Shown here in pieces: positions 63,900 to 64,000 of a DNA stretch of 64,000 bases (positions within the stretch are counted from its first letter, which is position 1; each line of letters begins with the position of its first letter). The stretch is taken from the NCBI GenBank assembly GCA_002633005.1, contig NMRA01000474.1, forward strand, positions 186,001 to 250,000, given 5' to 3'. Both the position numbers and the translations under genes were made by a program. Below the pieces are notes generated by a model. The model was not told the DNA's origin, made no database searches, and saw only the letters and a list, made by a program, of their open reading frames with translations. The DNA is from Phoronis australis (taxonomy: Eukaryota > Animalia > Phoronida).

Positions 63900-64000
63900 C
63901 TGTGAAGATAAAACAACACATGAGGTATGAATGGCAGGAACCTACTTTTCATGTAAATGTAAACAGGTGAGAGTAAACCCCACAGGCTACAGCATTTTAA

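Overview
Intron-rich, repeat-rich, AT-rich animal genomic DNA. I infer a marine invertebrate from the repeat landscape; the species cannot be read from the sequence. Most ORF-track entries are non-coding noise. Spliced genes reconstructed by hand: (1) a complete 13-coding-exon, ~496-aa seryl-tRNA-synthetase-like gene on + (18826-32150) with degenerate catalytic motifs, i.e. SLIMP-like; (2) PSMB1 on - (exons 2-6, 47375-51334); (3) the last two exons of LSM2 on + (59399-60772); (4) the last exon of ENDOG on - (63617-63899); (5) a probable signal-peptide exon of an unidentified - strand gene (7698-7761). The first exon(s) of both PSMB1 and LSM2 are missing and probably lie in the N-gap at 57188-57370. 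Mobile DNA includes a decayed piggyBac with TIRs (36074-38392), a PIF/Harbinger-type fragment, several MITE families and a DINE-1/HINE-like element. The most notable element is a miniature LTR element (TRIM) whose 163-bp LTR carries tRNA-type Pol III A/B boxes. It occurs once as LTR-PBS-internal-PPT-partial LTR (52251-52687) and once as a solo LTR with a 4-bp TSD (54130-54292). The region 34950-43870 is a higher-order array of dead ankyrin-repeat exons, one repeat of which has become a 100-bp minisatellite. Two kb-scale tandem duplications look like haplotype or assembly duplications.
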